Shown in pieces: positions 50,620 through 64,000 of a stretch of 64,000 nt of DNA. A program made the translations under genes and the position numbers. A model generated the notes under the pieces. The model was not told the DNA's origin. It saw only the letters and a program-made list of their open reading frames with translations, and made no database searches. Source of the stretch: Lytechinus pictus. Its lineage: Eukaryota. The stretch is taken from NCBI RefSeq assembly GCF_037042905.1, contig NC_087251.1, forward strand, positions 27,344,001 to 27,408,000. The letters run 5' to 3'. The first letter of the stretch is position 1; the number at the start of each line of letters is the position of its first letter.

Positions 50620-53600
50620 AGTTGAAAAACTTTGGAAAACATTGTTATGTTTCTAAGTAGAATATATTTTTGTTGTGTTTGAGACAGTTCATTATACTTT
50701 ACATGTATAGAATTTTGAAAGAATAATGAAGCTCCCACATCATTTTTCCAAGAAACACTATGTTTCTTATAAAAACAAAATGTTTATTATTCTTCTATAG
50801 CCTCTTTCAAATATAGTAAAATTGAGCTCAGCAACTCACAATCACCTCACTTATGCTAATCAATAAACACTGCATGCATCAGATCCCCGAAATTGTCTTA
50901 AGTTGAGTAGACAAATGTGTGTACGTTAATATTATGATTTGTCCCCAAAACCTGCACAACTCAAAGTTTACTGACGCTAACTTTCGTTCTAAGTATGATT
51001 GGGTAACAACTTTTTTTTTGCCTTGCTACCAATAAAATCTTTCAGTCTAATTTTAATGCATTGTTTTTCCAGAAAATGTTACTCAACCTTGTTGCTAAAG
51101 CATTGCACCATGTCAGAATGAAGCTTAATTGAACTGATAGTAATATGTAACATTCACTGAGCCGACTAAATGCAACATCCAACCTTATTCTAATCCATCC
51201 CTGCAACCAACTTCCATTTGATATTAATAAGTTCTCTTTTTTTAAATATTTCTGTAAAGATGTCATGTTGTTTTTACATAATTGAGTTATCACAAAGTTA
51301 TCGTCCATAAATTGCGAAGTCATATGAATGCTATATGAAGTTTTTGAAAGACATCAATTATTAGCATTTTCAGTCATGTCTATTTTCTTCTTTCTATAAT
51401 TGTTTTGAAAATTTATAGAATTGCCAAGTGCTCACAAATATGTTTTTCTCTTAATAGTATTCCTATTTGGAAATAAAGATATTCAGTATGGTACAAGAGC
51501 AATTGGTCCGTTTAATGGACAGTATATGCTATTCAGAGAAACTTTCTAATGTTATTGATTATAAAGCTAAGATGCAGTTTGGAAACTAAAATGCTTTCTT
51601 AGGGAGAACATTTGAAATGTTGAAACCACAAAATAAAAACTTACAAGTTATGTTCAGACATCCCAAATCACCAAATTCTTCCCATCAAACTCACGACATC
51701 CATAATGTTTCCTACTTGTTAAAACCCTGGTGACAATGATTTTGTTTCCACTTGAGAATTCACTCACTGTCATTGCCAATAAACATGCATGTCTTTGAGG
51801 TGTAGCTGGAATTATCGATTTCAAGATCACTATGTAAGATATACTTTGGTGTTTTCACACGAGGGTGAGAATTCTTCATTGCAATGAAGAAGTATAGTCG
51901 TTATATTTGATTGAATACCAAGCATCACCTAAGACCACAGTTGGTTGAAATTTGCCATTTAGTATTCCGGTGCATGGCTTGTGTCTGGGTATCTACCCAA
52001 TCAAACATGTATGGAGTAATAAAGCAGAGATAGACAAGCCCATGGGTTTATGGGAGTATGTGGAAAGAATGTTGGTCCCACTAATGTTAGGGTGTATGTG
52101 TGCTTCCCATTTTCAGGCCAAAGTTTAGTTTAAAATACGATGGCTCCTTTTCATTTGAATGCTTATAAAAAAAGGTGCATTTATGATCAATGTTTCTTTC
52201 TAAAGACTGTCTCTTGGGAAGCATTAACAAACACTTCTGTGCTAATTTTGTTAAAGACTGTTCCAATTCATTATGATTGCTTCCAGAGCTGGAATTTACA
52301 CTTGCATATATAAACGTTGATAGAAAAATAAAGTATTCTTATTTTACATTTGCTCTGGTGTGAACAAGCGCAGAGTCCTATTCATCCCCAAAATGGATAC
52401 CTTGGCCTTGCATCATACTAGGTGCGCAGCTTCTCACATCAGGAGTCTATGGGGGAAACGTTTGGGGGGAAATCAAGGGATGTGCAAAAAAACAGGTTAT
52501 CAGATTAAAGCCTTTCAAAGTTTTGGTAAATCCCCCCCAAAGTGCATGTCACTATTCTGATTGATTACTAGATGCTCCTGCCCTACAACAGTTATGTTGT
52601 GAAGTTTGAAAAATGAGAAAACTTGTTTTATTTGATAAAATTTGTGAATTACATGTAAATGAATTCATTTATTTTGAGAATTCTGTCTCTAATTTGCCGT
52701 ACATTTACTTAATGAATAAGTTGATTTGGTGATAACTTTAACAAAAATATTAAAGCCTTTTTATTTATTTGTCTCAGAAAGACAATTTCTGAAGAATCAC
52801 AGGAAATTGTCAACATAGTATAGACTTTCTTAATCATAACAGGAAATGCGATACAGCGATAATGATCAATTGATAATTATACACTTCAGGCTTGAAGACA
52901 AGCAGCCTGACTGAGACTGATAAACAATGCAAGGAAAAATTCTCGGCCTGGTTCAAGTGAGATAGTATTTCTGACATGCGTTACCCTCAATTCATACTAC
53001 AAGGCTCTCATTTTTGTGATGCCAAATTGGTGAATCAATATGATGTGTTTTGAGGATGCATTCTCATTCATTCTATTCTGAGATAATCAATAATATTTTT
53101 GTCTTCCTGTATCTTGGCTTCAATCAATGTATTGATATGATTATTATTAGATTTAATACTTACACAATAGTATTAGTAATGACAGTCGTACATGTGAGTA
53201 AAAGGGTACAATGATTATTTATACACTTATTTTTTTAAAGAATATTATAGCTTGAAATAGTTTTGGCATAGAGCTTCTATTTTAACAGGTAATGTCTAAT
53301 TCAGTATGTATCTAAAAATAGGTTCACTTGAAAAGTACATTTTCCTAATGTAGGATAGAGCGTCTTTGTTATTTATCATAGTTTTGCTATTTAATTTTCC
53401 CATGAACTCTTTCACAATTATTTTTTTTTACGACAGGTGCACTGTTGTGCAACTGATTGTCAAGTATTTATGAAATATATTATGAAATCAGTTGCCTATG
53501 ATAGAAAATTTGGAGATAAGTGCTGAATATAGAAGAACTGCATCTTAAAATGTCAAGAACCAATGTAATAACCAAGTAGAAGGCATAAACACAATCTTTA

Positions 53601-54157
53601 TTTCTTTCATTTTGATATAATACTATAGCCTAATTTCATCTTTGATAATGATTGCTAATTGTCCTCCATCAAGATGAATTAAAGTTTGAATAATTCATTT
53701 GCTAAATGCCTTGCCCAAGCTAGAAAGGTAAAAAAAACAAATTGTATATTAATGTTAACTGGATGCTACTTTGGTTATTTCTTGCAGACATTATTTTACA
53801 TCTAAAACCCACCCAGTTAATTTAATGAGTTGATATGGAAAATAAAAGGTAGAAGGGAAAAGGAAAAGGTTTATCAAATTATAAACAAATGCTGATTTCA
53901 AAATGGTCATATAATTCTTTAATTGTGATTGATAAAACATATAATGTTGGCAATTCTATGACATATTCATGGGTGTTTACATGTAAAGAGGTGTCTGGGG
54001 TTCAGGGAAAAACAAATTCAAACCATATATATTTTCTTCTTACAAATTTAGGATTATCATGTGTCAAACCATTTGCATTTATAGGGAAGATTCCAAACTT
54101 GACCTGATGGGATTGTACACAGTTATATATTCAAATAAATTGTTTTGATTTTCAGGG

Positions 54158-55341
54158 TTTTTGTCTCGCCTGCATAGCAGAGCGAGACTATATAGGCGCC
54201 GCTTTTCCGACGGCGACGGCGGCGGCATCAACATCAAATCTTAACCTAAGGTTAAGTTTTTGAAATGACATCATAACTTAAAATGTATATGGACCTAGTT
54301 CATGAAACTTGGACATAAGGTTAATCAAGTATTACTGAACATCCTGCCTGAGTTTCAGGTCACATGACCAAGGTCAAAGGTCATTTAGGGTCAATGAACT
54401 TAGACCATGTTGGGAAAATTATTTTCAAAATCTTAACCGAAGGTTAAGTTTTTGAAATGACATCATAACTTAGAAAGTATATGGACCTAGTTCATGAAAC
54501 TTGGGCATAAGGTTAATCAAGTATTAGTAAACATCCTGCTTGAGTTTCAGGTCACGTGACCAAGGTCAAAGGTCATTTAGGGTCAATGAACTTTGGTCAA
54601 GTTGGGGGTATTTGTTGAATTACTATCATAACTTTGAAAATTTATGGATCTAGTCCTTGAAACTTGGACATAGGTTAATCAAGTATTAGTGAACATTTTG
54701 CCTGAGTTTCAGGTCACATGACCAAGGTCAAAGGTCATTTAGGGTCAATGAACTTTGGCCAAGTTGGGGGTATTTGTTGAATTACCATCATAACTTTGAA
54801 AATTTATGGATCTAGTTCATGAAACTTGGACATTAGGTAAATTAAGTACCACTGAATATCCTGTGGGAGTTTCAGGTCACATGACCATGGTCAATGGTCA
54901 TTTAAGGTCAATGAACTTTGGCCGTGTTGGGGGTATTTGTTAAATTACCATCCTAACTCTGAAAGTTTATGGATCTAGTTCATAAAACTTGGACATAAGA
55001 GTAATCAAGTATCACTGAACATCCTGTACGAGTTTCAGGTCACATGACCATGGTCAAAGGTCATTAAAGGTCAATGAACTTTGGCCGTGTTGGGGGTATT
55101 TGTTGAATTACCATCATAACTTTGAAAGTTTATGGATAGAGTGAATGAAATGTGGACATGGGTGTAGTTGACAGTCTTAAGTCTCCGTTCAAATGTCATT
55201 TATGGTCAATGAACGTGGTATTATGTCATTATATGAATGATGTTTTTGTGAATAATTATTTTATAGTAGTTTTCAAAGTTAGCACTGCTGCTATATTTAA
55301 TTGCGTAATGCAGGCGAGACTGCCAGAGGCGTTCCACTTGT
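54158..55341 (+). mobile_element. HINE-like element, subfamily B, about 6 units
   Basis: Subterminal IR at 54163 and 55308, CGG microsatellite, tandem core. Confidence 0.88.
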
Positions 55342-55385
55342 AATAGTAAGTTATTATGGTTGTCAGTGTCACTCTTTTCAACACG

Positions 55386-55685
55386 ATAATAATAATAAAA
55401 CATTGCTTATATAGCGCATATAACGATGATATAATCATGTCTCTATGCGCTTTAGAAAGAATGGAGAAGAAAGAAAAGCCTGTTCACAGAGGAGCAAATA
55501 TATAATCAATTAATAGGTACATGTATATCTTATTTTCCATAAGGAATGTCTTCAAAAGGGATTTAAATGATTTTACATTATTAGCTTGTTTAACAATATC
55601 GGGTAATTTATTCCAAAGTTCAGCAGAGGACATTTTGAATGAACGAGCGCCGTAGAATTGAGTGTTAATTTCTGATGTCATCGAT
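55386..55685 (-). mobile_element. L2-like LINE 3' end
   Basis: ORF2 C-terminal motif RSF....LWNKLP.......SFKSLLKTFL, followed by an agcgcata...tatgcgct stem and a (TTA)n tail. Confidence 0.8.
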
Positions 55686-57555
55686 TATAGCAAGAACTTT
55701 AAAATGGTGCCATTTTCTGATTTTCAATTTCCTTGAGCTATTGCAGTCGCAATGGATCCTGACATAACAGAATGTGATATTTCCATATGTTGTGTATAGG
55801 CTGTCCATTGACAAATAGTTCATTCATCTCATTGTTCACTTGTTCTGATATTGTCTTAAGTAGTCCAGATTAATTATTGGCTTATTATTAATATCCTTCA
55901 ATCAATTCATTTAGAATTATGATTGTGATTTAATCTATCCAGGTTTAATTTTAGCAATACATTGTTTAACCTTTTTTTACTTCCCACATTTTAATACATC
56001 CATTGTTTCATATGCATGTATACAGCTTTTCTCAAAGTTAGAAATCCATTTATCATGAATTTAACACAATCACTGCATGCAATTTTGAATTTTATTTTCA
56101 CAATATTTCTTAATGCATGTTTTACTGATCTTTATATTTGTCTATTTTGCCAAGTCTGCTCCCCATCAAGTTGATTAATAGAAAAGCTTTTACAATTGAA
56201 TAAAAATCAGATATAAAAAGAGAAATTACATAATTTGGTAATATTTTATTTTGCATATAATTAATTTAATAATGCATATGAGGGAGTGGATAATGTCACA
56301 CAATTTCCAACTCAGTTTTAGTTTATATAGAATATTTATTTGTATGAAATGCAAAATATTTTAATGTTTTTGTTTCAATAATGAAACTAATTTGACACCT
56401 CATTGGCATTGTACAGTGTCAGGAGAGTTGAGAGTTTTACTATCAAATAAAAAAAATATTTTAATTGAAATATAGTTTATGCAACTTAGATTTTTAACAA
56501 AATAGAAGGGAACATGATGATATTACATCATGTTTTATATTTCTATGTTTTGATGGATCTAGTTATCATTTTGAATAGGTATTTTGGTTTGCTCTTTTTT
56601 GGATTTTAACATATCATTATTTTGATAAAAAGTTATTTATGCATGTAATGGCAAGAGTAAAATTTATATAGAAATAACATGCTATAGATAATGAGATTTC
56701 TTGGCATTTTAATAGTATGCAGTGTATTTTAGGTAAAATGTGTATAATGTTAATTGTTATATATACTTTTCATAAACTGTTATTTTGTTTTTACATTTAT
56801 TCTTTGTATTTTTGTTTATTATTTTTACTGTTGTTTGTGTGTTTTTTATAATTTCTTAATTTTTATTTTTTTCTCATCTTTTGTAATATTAATAAATTTT
56901 ATGTGTTTTTTGTTAATTCACTTCTTACTTTTTTATATTTTAGTTACTTATTTTTATTTCTTCAATTCTTCTTTCGGGGTGGGGGTAGAAAATATGCACT
57001 TGGCCCATTATGGCTATTAAAAGGCTCTAAAAGGGCCACTCTACAATGTAGAATTTTGAATTATATATTATTGCCAATCAAATGCTGTGTTATAATGATA
57101 ATAACTTCAATAGTCTTGAATAATAGAATAATCATGAATGTGATTTAAGCTGTCCCCCCAACAAAAAATAAGAAGAATACTTGTCTTGGGGAAAGGGGAT
57201 TTTTCAGACTGGCTGCAATGTTTCTTATGCAAGTTGTAAAATTTGGGTACAGGAAGCTGAAATGAATTTAACAATATTCAAAATTATTATAGCAAATTAA
57301 ATAATGAAATCGCACTTCAAAAAAAATATGACTTTAATGAATGCATAATATGAAAACTTGAATATGAAGAAAATAGATCCGAAGAAGAATTGCAACCCTG
57401 GTAGCAATTATACCCCTCGAATTAATTGTTATTCTCATAAAATCAATTGAACAATCAAACAATGTTTATAGCCATAGATTGTCTCTATTTGAAATTATGG
57501 ATACATGCTTAATACTTTGTGTGCTTTTTTTTTAATTACAATTGTCGAATAATAG

Positions 57556-57673
57556 AGCAACTTGATCGGATTGAAGAGGGTATGGACCAGATCAATACAG
57601 ACATGAGAGAAGCTGAGAAGAATCTCACTGGATTAGAGAAATGCTGTGGAATCTGCGTCTGTCCCTGGAAAAA
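57556..57673 (+). CDS. SNAP25: SNAP-25 exon 5, (E)[38 protein letters not shown], phase 1-2
   Basis: 118 nt as in vertebrates, acceptor aatag, donor AA|gtaagt. Encodes the C-terminal half of SNARE helix 1 and the cysteine palmitoylation cluster. Confidence 0.98.
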
Positions 57674-58940
57674 GTAAGTTCTCATTTATAGAACCACCCA
57701 TTCACTATGACAACGCAGTGAAATGCTGTGGGTGAAGTGGCAATATTTCCGACCTTGAAATTTCTCCCAACATTAAGAAGATGCAGCCAACACAGACACT
57801 TTTTCATTTAATATATCTGTGGATGAATTGCTATTTTGACTGGACTTCAACAACGAATAAAAGGCCCATAAAATAAAAGACTCCCCGTGCCAAGCATCTC
57901 CCGCTTATCCTGAAAAACATCCTGTTCCGTAAATCCGCATCCTCCAGAGTCAGGGTGGGGGATCAGGCAGTGACATGATCTTAACCTCAGATGCACTTTG
58001 GCAGACAAGGCCGAGCCACTACAAACTCTCATTCAATGAGGGGCTCGGTCCGTCATATTGCATCGCCAAAGCTGAAGATTTGTTCACAATATTATTGTCC
58101 TCTCTTCTCAGGCAGTGGTACATCTTTGTGACGCCCATCTCGTACTGTCGCACATCATTGTGCTGCGTGATAAACCTATACTGACATATTGTGCTCTTAG
58201 CCTAAATTGGTTTGATATTGGCGTTTATGATCAAGGGAAACGGGTAGAGTGATAGCTACGACCCTTTCAAAGACAACCCCTCCCCCCTCATACCCACATA
58301 CAATCTTTTTGTTTGGCAGATAAGTACATGGAGGTATTTTACCCACTCTTATTTGCATTTTGATTGAATTTTGTTTACGTATATGGGTGGTATTGCCAAT
58401 CTGTGCTCTGAGCATTGAAATAAATTGAAAGATGTTTCTTGTTAGATTTTTTTCTGTTTTGCGGGTCAAGGAGTATGAGCCAGCTTGATTGCTAATACAA
58501 ATTTATATCCAAAGATATAAAGATATACATTAGCCTTTTCAGCATGTTCAAATCATAATCAGATATGGAGCTCAGTTGATACATATTCAATTTGTACGCC
58601 ACATGTATATCTCTCTGAGGCAAATAGCTGCTCTCTTTTTTCTCACTTTGTTATCTACCCCCCCCCCCCCTTCTCTCTTTCTTCTGTCTGTATTAGCTGT
58701 CTTTCTTAATTTTTCTTTGTATTTCATCCTTTCCTTTTTATTGCTTTCATTTTTCTTCTTTTCTCCTGTTCTTCTTTTCCACCATCTGCTAAGTGTTTAT
58801 GCTTTTGTTGCCAAATCTTGAACAATGCAGACTTTTCAAATGCCTACATTTCTTTAACAGTACATCAATACATACTGTAAATGTAGTAGGCCTACAATTG
58901 TGGAAAATTATAATACTTTTCCTTATGATGCCAACTTGTA

Positions 58941-59164
58941 GCCATTCATCCAAACTGTTATATCTATCAGTTGGTGTAAAAATATAGATATTTAGATTTA
59001 TGCAAAAATTCAAGGTGTGAGACTTATTCTGTATGTGGAAAAAATTGTAATTTTCTCGCAATAAGGAAAATTTTCAATGCAATTACATATGAATTTTGTA
59101 CAATTGGGCTTGCCCCATTTTGCACCAAACTGTCATATCACAAGCGTTAGTTTGGATGAACGCC
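58941..59164. mobile_element. Degenerate MITE
   Basis: IR ttcatccaaact (58945) / agtttggatgaa (59149). Confidence 0.45.
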
Positions 59165-60910
59165 AACAGAGTATGCATGAAAATTATTGTGAAATTAAGC
59201 TTAGCCACTCCTTTACGAATTCCACAATTTCTTGTGAAAATAATCTTAAATGCTGACTGATCCTCGAAAGATTTGATACATTTTCAAAAAACACATCTTG
59301 GTGGCCATGGTAGATGAAAGAAGCAAAGTCCTTGACATCAGGTCTTCAATTCTTTCTCTCACAGAGAAAAGAAATATTTATTAAGCATTTTTTTTTTCAT
59401 TTCATATGAATGATTTATTGCACTTCTTGGAAGGAATTTATTATAAGCATCTAAACAAAAATGTGTTGTTTGCTTACCAATGATTTTATAGATTTGCATT
59501 CTCTCCACCAAAAATAAATTTGTCAGATATGAGTTATTAATTTTACTCCTAGATCATAGTGAGATAATAAGCCCCCCCCCCCTCCAAGTTATTTTGATAA
59601 TTTTATCCCTCTTCATATATGATACTGTAGAATTATACAACATAAAGTCAATTTCTATGAGAAATACTATTCTTATGTAGTTGTATTTTAACCATATTGA
59701 CTACTTTAATAGCTCAAGATTAAAAAGGGAAACTCCTGAAGCAGCCCTCGCAGCTTGATATCCCCCCCCCCATCTCTAATTCTTTCTTCTCTTTCTTTCT
59801 TGTCCCTTGGTACTTAATCATATAAGGTATTATTTTTTCTCCAATTTAGCTGTGAACCGCCTGACATTTTTCAAAGAGTTTGATAGAGTGCACTCACTTT
59901 GTCTCTGCGAAAATGTTATTGGAATTCCCAGTGCGTAGATCAAGTTTCCAAATGGATATATATAATTCCATTTTAATACTTCAGTCAAACTTATCCTCAG
60001 ACAGCATTTTAATGAAGATTTATTTACCATGCATTTCTCGCTCTTTCACTCATTTTGTTTCTGTCTTTCTGTCATGTCTTTTTGTCAGGTGGAGTTAAAT
60101 AAGATTGCTCAGTTTTGTCAACAGTCTGGAATATGTATTGTGTGCATTTGAATGTCATACAATATTTGAATATTCCATTGCAAACTACTCCAAAAGAATA
60201 AGGAATGGAAATCACTTAGGAATTAAACTAGCAGTATTTCTACTTTATTTTTAACAGTTTAATTTATACAATGAAAAAGGAATAATGTTGTATCATTTAT
60301 ATACCTTGATATATATAAAAAAAAAATTGAGTGTGAATCTATTCTTTTGATAGATATTTATTATGAAGCCTGATTGCCTGATTTAAAAAAGTAGAAAAGG
60401 GGATTTTAAAGAATGGGCTGTGTCAGGAATACATTTTTTTTTTACAATTTAATGAAGAAAACTTTATAAAAAGTCTCATTGCGATAATTGCCAAATTTAT
60501 CAAGGCAGAAAAAAGATTGTATTAAGACCGTTTGGATCACCAGGGATGCATGTATAGGAGAAGACTCATGCAAGGCCATCAATTATTTAAAGCATCTGCA
60601 TTGTTGTCGGTGTAAAGCCTGCAACAATTAGAATATTCTCTTTCTCTCATAGTTTGCTCATAGGCATGTAGCCATATCTGAATTAATTTTAGAATTGACC
60701 AGAACGTGTTGTTGGTCAAAACTAAACGTCTGAATAATGCTGAATGGCCCAATTGCCTGAAGGTTTAAAAAGAAGAAACGTGTAGAACTTGGTTCTATGG
60801 GTGAATTCATACAGTGAGTATGAAAAAAGATGAGTAAGTAGAGTAAGTAAAAAAAAGGTGAGATGTATGATTTGGGAATTTAGGATACTAGGACTAAAAT
60901 AAGTGAGACA

Positions 60911-61331
60911 TAGACACCGTTCTCATTTTACTTTCTAAAACTGTTTTACTGGAAACCAGTTAAGAAAACCAGTTTAGAAGATCGCTTTGCTAGCGTTCCC
61001 ATTTGATCACCCAAAAGTGGTTTTCAAAACCACTTCATATAAAGCGGTCTTGTTGCTATGGGAACACTCTCAGTGGGGTGACATATTTTCGCACGAAATT
61101 TGTAACCGCAGTGTAGGCATTCCACATACAGTGTGTGGAGTAGTGTGCCCGGTTTTGTCCTCACGCTAAAATCAGTTTAACGAGGCTAAAGCGATCTTCA
61201 AAACGACATCACGAGGTGGTTTTCTGAACCAGCTTGGAAGATCGCTTCCAAGACTGCTTCGACCATTCTCATTACACGTTAAACTAGTTACCACTAAACT
61301 AGTTTTATGATGGTAGTGAGAATGGTGTCTA
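60911..61331. mobile_element. MITE / non-autonomous DNA transposon
   Basis: TIR tagacaccgttctca / tgagaatggtgtcta, internal repeated gaagatcgctt and aaactagtt motifs. Confidence 0.75.
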
Positions 61332-61599
61332 AGACAATATGAGAGTGAGTAGGAGGTGAAGAAGAGGAAGATTTTAAGAGAGGAAAGAAAAGGAAATTTC
61401 AGATATTGCAGTAGATGAGCAAAAGAAAGTGGAGGAGGACTAGGAGAATAAGTTCCATACTCGGTGTTTTGCCACTATTAGTGATCAACAGTAGCAATGT
61501 GCCCCTTGAAAATCATGGTTTTTCTTTTTTAACGTGAAGTTGTGAACGCAGTTTGTGTAATTTTTTCAGAGTCCTGTAGTCAGGATCCCTTCTAAACCC

Positions 61600-62230
61600 T
61601 TAAAGGAGTTCTGAATTTTACTTGTCCTTTCTGTAATCTGTTTCAGCGAGGCTTCACACAGGGAATATTCCCAGAGCATCGGAAGACTGTATCTGTCATT
61701 CAAGTACACAAGAGAATCTCAAGGGGTATTCCAACAAACTATGAGCCAATCTCTCTATTTAGCATAATCAGTGTGGTTATAGAAGCAGTTGTCAACATCC
61801 AACTATACTTTCTGATTTCAGGTTAACATTTTGAATTTAGGTTGGTTCATAGCACTACTGACCTGCCCACTATGATTTCCTTGACAGATATGGAGAGGTT
61901 GGAATCATGGCTCAAGACATCAAAGAAGCCGTGGTAAATCATGGTACAGTGGACTATGTGCCAAGCTCAGATTCTAGCTGCTCACATGGCTTCAGAGTTA
62001 TTTTTATGTAAATCTATGAAGGTTGTATTCTCTGTAGTAGTCATCTGAAACATCACTTGTCATTAACCCAAGGTTCCCTTCTTGGTCCTCTCCTCTTCTA
62101 TGTATTAATGGTCTAGTGGTTTGTAGTAATGAGCTATGCCTGTAAGCTGACAACTCTACTCTTTTTGCACAAATAAGATACAAGTGAACACTCTTGTGTC
62201 ATTGCCAGGTTGAACAGATAAGATTATGGG
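61600..62230 (+). mobile_element. Highly decayed CR1/Jockey-group LINE reverse transcriptase fragment (not in the ORF track)
   Basis: Manual translation gives GIFPEHRK..VIQVHK...NYEPISLFSIIS, FEFR..HSTTDL, AQDIKEA, WLQSY, QGSLLGPLLF and L*ADNSTL, with stops and frameshifts. Confidence 0.8.
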
Positions 62231-64000
62231 CAGCTAAAAGGAAAATCAAAGAAACAGTTTACAAGACCCAATGTGAATTCTGTGTTTGTGGCTCGGAATT
62301 TCATGAACACTGCCCGAAACAATACTTTCTGGAAACAAACTGAATGGTTATTAAGGATGTCCATCCATAGTAATTCGAGGAGTGTTCAGCCCTGTACGAT
62401 AAGTTTCTTTCTTTGTTGAAGTCACAACTCCCCTCTTTCTCTTTGTTTCTGTAAGCAATATGGGACAATATTGAATTATACTGCTCCAAGGCAATTGGCA
62501 TTTTGCATTTTGAAGGACACATGGACTGTACTCTATGCACATATTCTGCTGTTGTGGAGTACCTGCGGTCACTGCTCTGTTGATGTGTAGGGGGACATTG
62601 GACTGGTTCACATGATTACCATTTGTGTCAAGGTTTCGTATCAGGCCCTGTTTACAAACCAAACTTGTGTCCTGTAGCAAGATGCTAATCTGCATAAAGC
62701 ACTTTACTGACAATTTTTTGTATGCGTTGTTTAGAGGCAGTTACTTTTTTGTTTTGATGACTAGATAGATAATCCATCACACGATGTCCTCTTTGAATCC
62801 CAGCTCTATTTCTATTAAGAAAATAATAGGAGTTATGTCACCATGTCAAAGAGATCCCACTTGATACAGTGGCAGTCATGCCCAACTCAGGGCCTTTCTC
62901 ACCTTGACCTATCAATTATGCTAGTTGCCATATACTCCTGCACATAAAAATCAAGTGAGGTCACACCAGTTTGACACATCTGAGAGACCTCAGGTACTTG
63001 GCGATACCCAGGTCTCAGAAGTCACTGCAACTTTGCTGAATGGTTGTTTGATTTGGAATGATGTCTCTGCAATATCTTTTCACTTTCCTGCAGGTTTAAC
63101 AGCAGTTTCTTTGACTGTTTCTCAAGTCAACTCTGTAATTGATAAAGGATGTTGCAGGGATGTCGCCAAACCCGCTGAAGGCTTTCCCTCAGAATGTGAT
63201 GATTTTCAAAATGTGATGACTGTGATGATAATGGCAATAAAAGAACCAAGTATATTTCGTTTCCCTTCCCCCCCCCCCCCCCTGACCAGTCAGAAACCCA
63301 GCTGGTCAGGCCCGAAGATTCTACAGTCTATGTAGTACATTACCAGTTACCAACCAGTCCCCAGACCAGTAAACCACCTATTTACCAATTATAGGTAGTG
63401 TGTCATGAAACCTGCTTAATAGCATGGACACAGGAGCCGGCACTATTCTACTTGACACTATCACCTGATTTGTTCATGTGTTTGGACCTAGAATTGTATT
63501 ATCCAGTCCTCTCAACATGTTCCATGAAGGTCCATGCACTTCCTTTTAAAAATTAGGAATATTCCATGAAAACATAGCTGTTCTGAGTAGAAAGCAGTGG
63601 AGAGTACTGTCTTATTAACCATGTAAATTCAAGCTCCCCGCTTATTGAGAAAATTTGCTTGCATTTGGTGCAGTTGTTTGTGTTGAGTAATGCCACATTT
63701 TATTGACTGGCTATTATGTTCAGTGAGCACCAGAGTTCATTCTATCTTCTTAGCTTGTTAGCTGCTACATTTATACAGGAGTCACCTAGTTCCAGTGTAC
63801 AAAGACTATGGTCTTCTCTGCTGTATCTTGGGATAATGAATGCAAGAAAGTGGGATTATGCATAACAAGTTAACACCTTCCAGCATCTATGTCACCCAGT
63901 AATTTTCCCTAATATACAAAAAGTAAAGATGATTAATTATTTCATAAACAGTGTATTTTATGAAATCCAGAAGATCTTTAGAATTAATCCTTTGAGGAAA

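Noticed and set aside
62301..63335. ORFs of 79-136 aa near the window end
   Set aside because: No recognisable motifs or splice structure.
57674..64000. A vertebrate-like second exon 5, or exon 6
   Set aside because: No EQL.R.EEGM-like or linker-like peptide found by eye; the remaining exons presumably lie beyond the window.

Overview
AT-rich eukaryotic DNA, almost all of it introns of one + strand gene, SNAP-25. It is probably from a sea urchin; this is an inference from the peptide and the repeat families. The ORF track misses the gene because its exons are short. I found exon 3 (40111-40152, SLESTRRMLQMAEE) and exon 5 (57556-57673, ending in the CCGICVCPW palmitoylation cluster). Between them are two intact paralogous 49-nt copies of exon 4 (48108-48156 and 49677-49725) that can only be used one at a time without creating a premature stop. 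Vertebrates duplicated exon 5 (5a/5b), so this looks like an independent duplication in the same SNARE helix. Exon 4b has a long AG-free pyrimidine tract upstream and a dense YCAY cluster downstream. The 40 kb upstream of exon 3 has no clear canonical exon 2. It instead holds several short ATG-initiated frames ending at phase-0 donors, which are candidate alternative N-termini. The introns also contain five Helentron-associated (HINE/DINE-1-like) elements carrying AGGTCA direct repeats, many MITEs, decayed LINEs and a SINE fragment. There is also an excess of TACATGTA/TACCGGTA motifs that look like transposon excision footprints. All calls and counts were made by eye; no database search was run.
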